Assembly (NCBI GenBank): GCA_000934665.2
Contig: JYFJ02003087.1
Location: forward strand, 1-46,518
From: Catajapyx aquilonaris
Lineage: Eukaryota
Reading direction: 5' to 3'
Length of the DNA: 46,518 nt
The notes beneath the pieces are model-generated. The model was not told the origin of the DNA. It searched no databases and saw nothing but the letters and a program-made list of their open reading frames with translations. A program made the position numbers and the translations under genes. Positions 24,212-36,400 of this stretch are shown here, piece after piece; the stretch's first letter is position 1, and each line of letters starts with the position of its first letter.

Positions 24212-27200
24212 ATGATGCACAAGATGGTGGTGCTCTGGAGGCGGATGTGGTCGTGGCCACTCCTGTGCTTGGGCGCCCTTGGGTGCGGCTACTTCCTGCT
24301 GCTCTCCCCCGGGCCTGTCAGGGTCCAGGTGGTGTGCAAGGGCGGCCCCGGGGCGTCGGCGGCCTGGGAGAGGGCCAACTGCGGCGGTGCCCAGGGGCCG
24401 CCCTGCCCCACCCAACATCCGAACAGCAGGAGCAAAGGAGGAGGAGAAGATGACCCAGAGGAAGAGGAGATGGTGCTGGTGTCCAGGAGACGACTCGAGG
24501 AGCTCTTTGCCACCACTGCCAGAAACGCTACTTCTTCCGGAGACGGTACCACCACGCTACTCAGGGATAACGAGCATAAGAAGTCACCGGTTGTCTGTCC
24601 GGATCCTCCTCCTTCCAGGTACCTGCTTTATTCGTACCAATGCAACAGTGTGAAGTGCAAACACATATATACGAAAAGGTCTCGTCCAGTGACCTTAGCG
24701 TTGGCATTATCACGCTACAACAGAAAGGTCACATATTCATAGTGTCAACAATGTGTTGCCATTTAATCGGATGACATGATCGTTGGCTGCTTGCATATTG
24801 ATAGCGCTGCTCTACTTTTAGACGATAAAAGTGGCTGATCTAAGGAGGTCAGGAGCTGCAGGGCCTCTGATTGGCGTAATTATTTTAGACACGAACTTCT
24901 GGGAGCCACTTCCGTGCAATGCAATTTCGATGCAATTTTGGTCTGATGAGTTCAGCACCGGCATACTCGCCTGTATATCCTGCTTACCATACGGGCATCG
25001 AGGGACGTTTGCGAGAGACATTAATTTGTTTTCCTATTTAAGGCATGTGCAAAACCTGTCTCTGTGAGTTTGTCACTGTTTCCAGCCGGAAATTTACGAA
25101 CACTCTTGAAAGCAGACACGCGCAGAGTTTCAGCCACGCAAATGTATATACTGTACAACGTTGAGGGACAAAATCGTGGACAATATATAGGCTTAACATC
25201 ACGCACTGTTTCGCCTCTTTACATAATTATGTTTATTGTACAGTACATGGCAATTACCACTGCAACTCAGACATTATAAATGAATGTAGAGTATACATAT
25301 AAGAAATACAAGCTGTTGCACATATCTTGCAGCAAGTTTTCTTGCTGGCAACATATTGATCGAACCAGACCGATATGGACTTCCAACATTCATAACCCCC
25401 ATACTGATGAAAGTGGCTATGTCAAAATACCTCCCGAATCATAAAGCATTAATGCAGCATTAAAGAATAACGCATCAGCACAGTGCCCGGCCAACAATAT
25501 CAGAGATTTTTTTTTTAAATACAGAGATGGTTATGGCGATTCATTGACCTATTCCGAGAACTAAAGGTAAGGATGCGTAAGGATGACTCTGTAACATCAA
25601 TTTGACTTGGAGGTCTCATTACAGAGCAGTGCGTAGGGGATAGGGGAATATCCTGCTGGGTAGGCAACAGATCGTCCGTAAGGGGTTGTCTACCCAACAG
25701 GATATTCCTTTCGTTCACATGAGAACCAAGCATGTCTTTGGGAACTTATATCAGTAGCTTACTCCTGCGTTATTAGTAAAAATCTCACGGACGATCATTT
25801 TTCCTCGATCCTTTTACCCCACCTTCAAGGGTGACAGTGAGTTACACACACCCTTGGAAAGCCAATTTAATGGGGTTTTCCAATGGTATGGTTCTACGTC
25901 AAACGTGATGGAGTCTGCAAAACTTTTCAGCGACATACGAACGTATGTGAGCTGAACTCTGAAATGCACGGTGCCTACATACATACATTACATTCGGGAC
26001 GTACTGACCATCGCCATAGGCTACATAAAAAAGTGAATATAATGATGCCATACATTCTCCTGTCATTCTTGACATGCCAGACACCTGAGGTGTGCACATG
26101 TTAACGCCAGGAAAGTACCGGATACACGGACAGGACGTTGTGAAATGCAGCTGTCACGTCGAGTGTGTGTGTGGTCTCGCATTCTTATTAGATCAATCTT
26201 CTCTCTCCTCTTTGCACAGTCCATGGCGCGTGTCACCGTCACCTAACCTGCCGACCATTTACATCGTGACACCAACATACCGACGAGCCGAACAAATGGC
26301 GGACTTGACCAGATTAGCCCAGACCCTGATGCACGTGCCCAATGTTTACTGGCTGGTGGTGGAGGACGCCTCCAAAAGGTCGCCCATGGTGGCCGAGCTA
26401 TTGGAGAGGACTGGATTTCCTTACCAGCATCTTCTAGGTCGGTTTCGAACCAAGAACGTAATTTGCAGACAAATAAAGGTTTATTGATAATGTTATTACT
26501 GCAGCTCCGATGCCTGAAGCGTATGTGAAGAAGAAGGGTTCAAAGCCACGAGGGGTGTCCAATCGCCTCAAGGGCCTCCAGTGGATCAGAAAAAATGCCA
26601 AAGAAGGGGTTCTCTACTTTTGCGACGACGACAACACATACGACATCCGGATCTTCGAGGAGGTGAGGCCACCATGTCTAACAATTCTAACAATTATTCT
26701 GCAGTACAAAGGTTGCACGTAACTTTTAGTCATCACAATATATTCCAATGAGGTGTCCGTTTGGGTTAGCAAATATTGGCACAGTTAGAGTTTTATAATT
26801 TAAATTCCACAACAAGATTCGCTTCTGACGTTAGAAGTGTTACAGTTTAATAACAAGTCTGCTCTTTCTGGCGTGTGATGTCTGCTGGCATTCTAAGTGT
26901 GAAGATTGCGTCGATAACAATTTGACGTTAGACTGCATTGTCGAAGGTGCTAAATTTGCACTACTTTTGAGAAAACATATTGTATATGCTAAATAGCGCC
27001 TTACTGTACAACCTTGAATCGGAAAAAGGCACATTTGTGTCCTTCTGAATAAACATTCCGAATCACACTTATTGCCTCACATTCAAAACATTTGGCACGT
27101 GGAAAAAAAAGTGCAATTGCAACTTGCTACAAAGAAGATATTGTCGTAGAGAAATATACGAACCAAGCGTACCAGGGCACTAAAAAGCACGTCACTTGCT

Positions 27201-29704
27201 CGTTCCCCGAAGTTATGACAAGCGCCCAAAATTACGTGGCAGGTGTCAAAAGTACAGTTGGTCCGGCCCTCCATGCTTCATTACGTGATTGGGCGCATAA
27301 TGAACATGGATATGCGGGATTAAATTGTCCATTTTTTTCGATATGGAGTTGAATTTTTAAGAATGGAGCGTTAAATATTGGTGCAGAATATTTTATGCTA
27401 ATTTTTTCCGTATGCAACGATTCATTGCAATTCCGCGATGGACGCAGCTTTTCACTGGCATTGAATGCGATACGAAGTGCTTCAATTAAGGTCAATTTGT
27501 TTTGCTCATCTCAATAATGGAAGTCCTCTGTAACGCTGATTACATCACGGTGATTTATGAACGGGGGAATCCACTGCAATCCATTGTCAGTGTTGGACTT
27601 GGCCGAATAATTCTCTCCAGTTCAACACCAAGCAATAATATTTACAGCTGCGCTTTAACACACTCGATCGGAATTGATCTGAACACTGGGGACGGCTGAT
27701 GCATGTCCCCGGACTTGTCAAAACACTAGTCCCATTTTGTCATTCGTGTGCATCAGGAGCCATCCTCGCCATATGAAGTGGGTTAACTATATGGCATATC
27801 ACTTTGGAATATTCCCCATGGCTGTCCTCTACGTATACACACTTCACTTGTCCCAATTATTATGCCCATGCAGTATCATTGTCAAGTGCTGAATCTTGTA
27901 ATGATTTGATGATCATTCTTCAGATGCGGTGGACTGAGAAGGTGTCTATGTGGCCTGTTGGTTTACTCACTTTGTATGGCCTGAGCTCTCCGATAGTGAG
28001 GAATGGCCGGTTGGTTGGGTTCTACGATGGTTGGCAAGCAGGAAGGAAGTATCCAGTGGACATGGCTGGATTTGCAGTCAGCGTTAAACTGCTATTGGAG
28101 GTTTGTATGTCTGCGTTACATGAACTTATGGCCTATTAGAGACAATTCATAGAGGACGTCATGCTGGTTAGGGTCACAAGGAGGTCAAGGTTGGAGTGTG
28201 ACATCATTGGAAACGCGATATGTTTTCGCAACAGCTGCTTCTCTTTCTAAAAACGTGAAATAAAGCACCGTCTGCATAATTACTGAACTGACCCTTAATG
28301 ATAATTATGGAAGAGGTGCAGAAAAGTAGCCTTCATCTTGCATGTGCTTGAGCCTTGAGGCTTGTGCCAGAAACAGAGGGATTCAGCTTTATTGAAAAAA
28401 TAATGGAATTAAAAAATAAGGATCACGTTCATGGATGGTCATGACCCATGAGAAAGTTTTGACATGGAGATGATTGGCATACTTGTACAAATTAAAGTTT
28501 TATGGCCACTTGCGGCATAATAGTGAATATTCCTATTGAATTTTGAAGGCTAGCTCCTGGAAGCAACGAGTTTTTAGCTGGCTCTTTGACATTCACCATG
28601 TATGTAAAAACATGCAATAAGCAAATTTTTGTACATCAGAAACAGTAGTATACCATACATGAGCTTGAAACTGTAATTGTTAAATTGTCTCTCACTCCTT
28701 GCTGCATCTTTCCTTGTGCCATTCACCCTGGTATTCCAAAATCTTTCTGTGGTGGCCTTCACTTCATGTGCCTCAGTGCGCAAGTTGTCCCATGTATTTT
28801 TTTTGTGTGTGCTTTAGGGGTTAGTGAATCATCCTGTTGTGACACAGGCAAGATGCAATGAAAACTTATCTGAGGCAATGGCCTAGCCAAATTCAGGAGG
28901 TCAGTTTCATATGACGTTTAAGAATGTCTATGACTCTGTTGGCTATGATTTGAAAATGAATATCATATGTTATCAGGAGAACTTATGTCACCAAAATCCT
29001 GTAACAATCCAGTCACATGTGCTTGATGGAGCATGGTACTTTCAGCACACGACGTATAGCTTGTACTGCTTAAAACAGCCTAGATGTAACTATTACGCTG
29101 TCTCCCACCCATTTTTAAACTGCAGGAAAATACTGTAGGCATTACTTGTTGACTTGATTGCCCTGCAGTACATAATATGATGGTAAGGAGAATCACAAAA
29201 TGATCACTTAAAATATAACCCCAGCTGTGTGGCATTATATTCAGTTAAGTCAGTAGAAGTGGAACACCAGACAGTGACATGTAGTGTCCTTTTCAGTATA
29301 GGCCACCTTCCATCACAATTAACTTATGTTACTAGGATATTTAAAATGACGTATCAAACACACTGCAATAATGCGCCTTAATTTTTCAGCGTCCAAATGC
29401 AACAATGCCGTTTACACCAGGTTATGAAGAAGACGGGTTTTTGAAGAGTCTCCAAATTAAACAGGCTGATATTCAGTTAAAAGCTGACAATTGTACCAAG
29501 GTAAATCACATTTAACTGATCTCAATTATCACTAATAAATATCTCATACATATGTATTTGAGCAAGTCCAAATATTTTCTTTTTCAGCTCCTGGTCTGGC
29601 ATACTCAGACAAAGAAGAATGCACCTGCCGATAAGATAGATGTGGTGAGATATAACAACACGAATCTCATGCAGCTGAAGCGCCAAATAGTGGAAAAGCC
29701 GTAA
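24212..29704 (+). CDS. GlcAT-P: Galactosylgalactosylxylosylprotein 3-beta-glucuronosyltransferase, GlcAT-P-like (GT43); exons 24212-24618, 26220-26437, 26505-26662, 27924-28100, 29390-29500, 29588-29704
   Basis: Type II membrane anchor (WPLLCLGALGCGYFLLL), PTIYIVTPTY, RLAQTL, WLVVED, PRGVSNR, YFCDDDNTY, SMWPVG, PVDMAGFAV, GYEEDGFL and LVWHTQT. All junctions are in phase. Assignment to the P rather than S or I paralogue rests on recalled motif similarity. Confidence 0.9.
25566..25856. other. Multi-stem palindromic element in GlcAT-P intron (non-autonomous transposon remnant or structured RNA)
   Basis: Stems at 25587-94/25619-26 (8 bp), 25645-68/25685-708 (24 bp, 2 mismatches) and 25826-33/25849-56 (8 bp). 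Loop sequence 25670-79 is exactly complementary to 25787-96. Confidence 0.65.
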
Positions 29705-30400
29705 TGCATTTACAGTTAAAGTGAAACCAACACAAACTGACTGAACTTCTCTCCTGCACATATCCCTGGAACAGTGATCTCATGACTGGGTGCAAGTGCG
29801 TGAGTGACTGGAACCTTTCCCCCCGACACAAAACTCCTTAAAAGTGAATATCAATGTGACTGACTTTTGTAATGATATTGAAGTTGTGAAAGAGAGAGAC
29901 TCCATGATGCAGCTTCCAGACTCTGCTTCTTTCTTTCTTTTGCTTCTGTTAAAATCTCCACTGGAATCTCATGGTCACTGTACAAGGTCTAATAAACATG
30001 TGATCATTCCAAGGAAGAAGAAAAAAAAAACCAACAACGAAATACATTTCTATGCCTTGTTCTCATATATTTATGCATTATAATCCCCATTCAAGTGTTC
30101 ATACAAAAATGCATGTTGGGAATGGTTTTCAAAAACCCGCAGGATTTTCATTGTAAAAGGAACTAAATGATGTGAGCATGATGTATGGAGTACTTTTCCT
30201 AACCCCCCAAATACAGTAACAACAACAACAACAAAATAAACCAAAATAAAATCTGAAAAGAAACTAAACGATAAACACTGTACATCACAGCAGCTTACAA
30301 TCACAAATAAAAGCATTTAACTCGAGTTATCAAGCATTGGTGATCCTAATTATAAACCTCTCAAAGTTACTCATTGTCTGAGTAATAAAAATTTCATGTC

Positions 30401-33400
30401 TTAGGTCAAAAGTCCTGACCAGAGATGGTAACAACAAGTGTTCACAAACATTTCCACCAGGTTGATGATCTCATTCAGACGATTGCCGTAGCTCTCACTG
30501 AAATCACCTCCATCTTTCAAAATCTCTTTATAAACTGCTCTCAGGTCCTAAAGGAACAAGAAAAAATTAATAACGTAGGGAACCACATACCCTAAAACCC
30601 ATCAAACATCACGGATTTACACATTACCAAAATATCAAATACTAAAACAATGCCTACTAATAGAAAGAAGGATAATAAAACTAACTGCTTTGCTCTTGGC
30701 CATGTCTATGGTCAACATGGCAAACGTCTCAGTGCTCTTGCTTCCAAAAACCACCAGGTGCTGCCTGCTGCCATCGGGTGTCTGGAAGTGTCTGTGAGAA
30801 TCGGCATAGTGTGATGCTAACAGCTTGGCAAGTGACTGGTACCAAGCCAAAGGCTTTGACAGAAGGGGCTGCAGTCTTGGGTCAACTTGAGCCAGAGACT
30901 CAGATGGAACCAGGTTGAGAAGCTGTGTAAATTCGGCATAACTCACGCAACTCTGTGGAAAATTATAAAGGAAAAAGTAGCATTTAGGGTCCATCTTAGC
31001 TTTATATTATGCAGATTTCAAAGATTGCGGTTTTCAGAAGCTACTCTGTGCCTAGGGTGCTTCTCCCTCTTGTGTGACATTATGGAAGCATCAAATCCTC
31101 TGATGGATCATCCAGTCGTAAACGTATCAATGTGAATCACATTGCCAAACCATAATACAAAAGGTACTTGGCAATCCTGGGAGAAACAATGACACTGCTA
31201 CTCACGACATCTTTGTTTCCTGAATCATCTCTTCGCCTGCTTCGTTCTTCATTGTCTCGGTTCCCATGTAGCAATCTCTTCCAGAGCAAGTCTCTCTGGC
31301 AGTGAACCATGGCTTGTGCTACAATTTCTCGTATGTCACCACGAACTGCCTCCGCCTGCTCACTCATAACTTGCTGCATCATTTGTTCATGGCTTGAGTA
31401 GTAGCCCATATAGTTCACTACTTCTTGCCTGTAATACATACATTAGTGAACAATGTTCAATCATATTTTTCATTACTAATATGCACTAATGGGAATGTAC
31501 TGTACAGATGCCATACCTCAATCCCCTTTCCGCATTTGCCACTGCTATGCAGAGATGCTTACACCCATAATTCAAAATCAGCCGACTTAAATGTTACCCA
31601 TGTTAAGTAATCATGCCGCATAAATACTCTTTCCACAATAGTATACATGTGGTGAATTAATTACACTGCATGATTATTGAGTACATTGTAATAATTGAGG
31701 GGGTGCATTGCCATGTGTACTGCAGCAAAATTCAGCTTAGTGTAAATCTCATATAGGCTAAATTTCTATGTTAGCTCCCTGACTGAATGGTAAGGGAAAG
31801 TTCCCTTCTCTTACCCAGAAGGTACAGATGACTAAGGAGCAGACAAATTGGCACCAGTGCAAACGTAAGCTGAATTCTGTTACACACTGTGTAGTAGCAC
31901 AGCAAAATCCATGTTAGTAACTCAGATCTAACATTAAAAGTGCTGCAGTGTTGTGCAGTGGAACAGAAGACAACCAGCTGTACTCGTGACACACGATGTG
32001 CAGAGGCAGTACATTAAGTTAACATGTTACTGCATTGAAAACGTAGGATATGAATGAAATACAGCTGACTCCAGATATAAGAGCCTCAGCTATAAGCAAC
32101 CCTGGGTTATACCCAACTTGTAAGGTCAGTCGCTGCATACTTCCATATGTGGCCAGTGTATTTGGATATAGGAAACCTCAGTTATGGGATTTCCGCAGGC
32201 CTTGGCTTATGCAGGCATAGATAGCCAGCCCCTTGAAGTCTCTTATATCTGGAGACAATAACCTCAGGGCATGGCCCAGGTTGACATTGATGCAATGACG
32301 GCATAATATTGTGAAGTACATGTAAACTTTAACTTCAGTTACTGAAATGAACTAGTAAGGTTAATATGCTACTAACAAAGTGTATACTTGCACACAAAGT
32401 AATATGCTGGTTTCAAAATGAAGCTCATCTCTACCACTACCTGATTTAACTTAAATTCCTGTGGAGATGCCACAAAAATGTTGAAATGTATCAAGAAAAG
32501 CTTGACTAAAAGCATTCCATTCCTTCCTTCTACAAAAGTGGCAAGCAAAAGAATTCAAGCATGAAAAGAAGCATGATATGCAAGCAATAGGAAAACAAGT
32601 GGTAAAGAGCAAGCATCAGTGCAGCAGCATAACCACAAGTACAGCTCGAGTGAAGATGTTCTGGGTTTGTGGGTCTTTCAAGGTCAGACTGGATTCGGAC
32701 ACAGGGTTCTCTCATTTCCCCCCCCATTTTGTAAAAATAAAGTCGATTCAACATATATGTTTTTTTCCAGTTGAAGGAGTGGTAACCTCTGTGTACCTGA
32801 TTCCAATGGAGTATCTGACGTTTCTGGCACCACCTTGATTGGGCAGCATTGCAGGTGGGGTCTGCTGGGGGGCATCGCATCCATTCTCGCTGGTCATTGT
32901 TGCCCCTGAGGTAGTCTCGGGAGAAGGGGAAGAGCTTGTTGTTGGGACCAGGGAAGGTCCGAGGGGAGAGAGAGGAGGTGACCACTGGGAAGAGGGAGCT
33001 ATGCGTGGGGCCAAGGGGCAGGAAGGGGTGGCTGTGGAAACAGTGCGGAATTTCCCAGACCGCTTTTCCACCACTAGCTTTGGGTACAGATCTCTGCAGG
33101 AGGAGCAGAGTAGCTCCAATCAAATATTTTGTGATAATTTGGACACCGAGTTTTACTCAGCAGGCCGTGGGTGATACAACATATGCAGGATTGTTGGGAC
33201 AAAAGGGTGCAAAAAAAAGCAAGAGAGGATAACCAACAGCCCAAGGAGAAGACAATGGTAGGAGGTTGAATTAATACTCAGACGTGTGAAGATGAGATTT
33301 GTATGTTTGGCTTTTTTTATATAGACAGGCACATGAGGCTGCACGGAGGGTCTTTTATCTGCGACTGGAATGCCTGCCATAATTATAATTTGAGACTAGA

Positions 33401-36400
33401 CTTAAGATGTCAAAATTAGCGATTGCATTACAAGGGAGGTAAGGTGGAAAACATCTTGTTGATGGTGATTTTGCTTTGCACTGACTTTCTACAAAGGAAA
33501 ATAAGCTGACTTCTTATGTTTTTGCATTGCAATTTAGAGACAGAACTCCAAGACCTCCTGGCCGTGCAGGATTAAGCAGTCTTCCACAAGCAAAGCTACT
33601 GCAAAACTTGGCTGATGGAGGCACAAATGTAGACATGTTTCCAGATATTGCGAGCGTATGTTGAAAATTATATTAATATATATAATTTAACTGCTATGTC
33701 CTATCTTTATTTAAAACAAGTAAGTTTGCAAAAAACATAAGTTTCTAACCAGCATAACATGTCCGTTAAGGCGCAAATATAAAGCGACACTTCTATCAAT
33801 CTACTTAGCACATCCAAATCTAGCCTCTAATTATAAATAAAAAATGGATGCCAAACAACAATAAACTGTTCTGATGAATGAAGAATTCCAAACCCTTTCC
33901 TACTCTCAATGATGTTATTAAGGCTAACAGGGAGTCAAGTCTGCGAAGGTGAACACATTCTCCTGTTGGAAATGTTGAATAGTAAACAAAGTTCTGCAAG
34001 TTCTATGCAGTTTACTTTGAAAAAAAGACTTAATTACCACACTAACGTCTGGAGCCAATCATGACAAAATTTGTGACTGCAGTACACGTACTCAACACTT
34101 CATAATTTGACCAAACAGGAGACTTCCTCTTTAATTTGCTTCATAAAATTAGCCGTCAAACTGTCATGATGCACTTCAGACATTTAAAGTTACATTAATT
34201 GGCATCAGTGTAAGAGTGTGATTCTGTTCATGCTACCAAAAGAGCATGCTGGTCTACAGTTGCTGCAGCAATCACCACTTCCAATATGAAAAGTAAAACT
34301 GAAATCTAGATAATTTAAATGTGCAAGCACATTCACTGTGTTTACTGTTTTGCATAAAAATGCTGTCAAAACAATGAATGAAACACATTCAACAAGAGCA
34401 ACAGAGCATTCCGAGGTTTCAAAAAAATTGCACCTACCTTCTGCTGGTGAGGATTATGTAGAATTTAAGCCTGAGGTTGTTCGTATCACTCGAAGCTTCT
34501 GGAAACTTGTCATCATGAGCTAATATCAAAGTCACGTCGAAGTCATCTGATTGCTTCATTTCATTTGTGTCCCTGTACGTCACTTGACGAGTGTTGAGTT
34601 GGATAAGAACGTATTCTGTTTCCTAAATAGACATTGAACAAAAGGATGAGAAGATGTTCTCCGCATGTCTCACAGCATGAAACTCACAGCGTTTGCATCA
34701 TCTTCTTGAACTGCAGGCACCATCCTCATCGCTTTCATTTTGTACAACTTCTCATGGTTTAGTAAATAATCATACAGTTGTTCAGCAGGAACTGGCGTGT
34801 TTTCCAAGGAGACTACATCTATATAATATGAAAAATAGAATTAACAGAACTGCAAAAATGAGGCAAAATGTGATTAGAAACAGCAGGGTTACCTGTGTAC
34901 ACTGTGTTCCTGGCAAAGTTTGGTCCTTTGGGATAGTATTTTATGAAATCGTCTAAAAAGCTAGTGAGGTGATAGCCCTGCCTGAAAATAAACTGCCTTC
35001 CCGACACGTATGAATGTATGTTGCGTAAGTGGTAGTCATATGTGAATGAGTGAAGATGCATCAAAATTTTGATTCTGTCAGTTTCATCCAAAAATCCAAG
35101 GATAAACTGGAAGAGAAGTAATAACAGCATTAATAACAAAGATGAGTAATGTGTATCATTCATCATTCATGGGAGGGAAAAGGTAGATGCAGAAACACTG
35201 CTCTAACTTGTCCACTTCCAAAGAAGGGCATTATTGCAATCGGTTTCCAGAGTTAATTCAGCCAACTTAGTTACCCTTACCTGAGAATTGTTGGCCCTGG
35301 AAGTAGGAACCTGAAGCCTCTGGCCCTCCAGAGCATATAGCTTTGAGTAGAAAAAGGGCTCACAAAGCCCAATCTCAAAAACTAATATGCCCCCTCCCAA
35401 GAAGGACTTCTGCAGATAAAACACGCTGTCCTCCTTCAATGGCTTAGTCCATGTAGTAAGCTGACCTCTCCCTGCTGGTCTCTGCTGCTTCTCTTCTTCC
35501 TTCTTCCACACTCGCTTTGTACTAGTTCAGAAGAGAACAATACCCTTTGTAAGCTTCATCTGTGCACAGTTATTCGAGTCAGTCAGTAGGACATGAAATG
35601 CAAACTCACAAATACTGTCACAGATTTCATTTCCTGTGATCACTGCCTTTGTTCACTATTACTCACCTTGTCATTGTCATCACAGGGCTACATGGTTAAC
35701 ACTCCCTTGCTGCAAGTTCGTCTACCCTTGAAAATAATACATGGATGTCGCAAAGATGAGTTGCTTACTTCCTTTTGTTTCCAGATGCTTTCATCTGTAT
35801 AGGCAGGAATCCAAGTGTCTGAAGGTACTGAATGTATTCCTGAATAAAGCTCATGCACAGTTGGGGATGCCACATGTCATCATGGGCTCTTCGCAGCTTT
35901 GGTGATGTTTGAGGTGTGCTTTTATTGCCTTTAGCTTTAGCTCCCTCTCCACTCTTCACAGAGTTGCCTGATCCATGCCTGTTGCGCTGGACGTGTAGAA
36001 ATAAAACAAATTCAGTACTTGCACTGTTGCACAACATATGACTGGATCTCTCAGCTTCAAATAAGATAAATGTTTACATCTAATTTCTTTCCATCTTGTT
36101 CAGAAGCTGGCAAGGTTCCTAATGCATGGTCACGAGTAGCTGCAGTCTGCCATCGCCACCTAAAAATAAAGGATGATGATGACGTTAATGACAACAATGA
36201 CAACAACAACTGATATTGTTTTTAAAGAACATGTGCCATTCCCTTATCTTCTGATTTTCACCTACCATTGCTACAAAAATCAAGATTGAAATTCCTGCAT
36301 AGTCCATCTAACTTCTGCAGCCCTTGAAGTTCTCAAAAATTTCAAATCTTCATACCTAAAGCTCAACATGTGTCCTCAAAACTTCCTCTTATTTGTCAGC

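Noticed and set aside
17404..25412. CTGATGA words (about 17405, 20001, 24943, 25404) as hammerhead ribozyme cores
   Set aside because: None is followed by a stem II plus GAAA with compatible flanking stems.
25580..25640. Superficial resemblance to dicistrovirus IGR-IRES domain 1
   Set aside because: It lacks the AUUU and CAGCC stem-loops and a downstream capsid ORF.
33554..33610. 57-nt candidate SZT2 exon with AG/GT ends
   Set aside because: The intron is phase 2, where this exon gives an early stop, and the flanking exons already join as the conserved TSRRDLYPKL.
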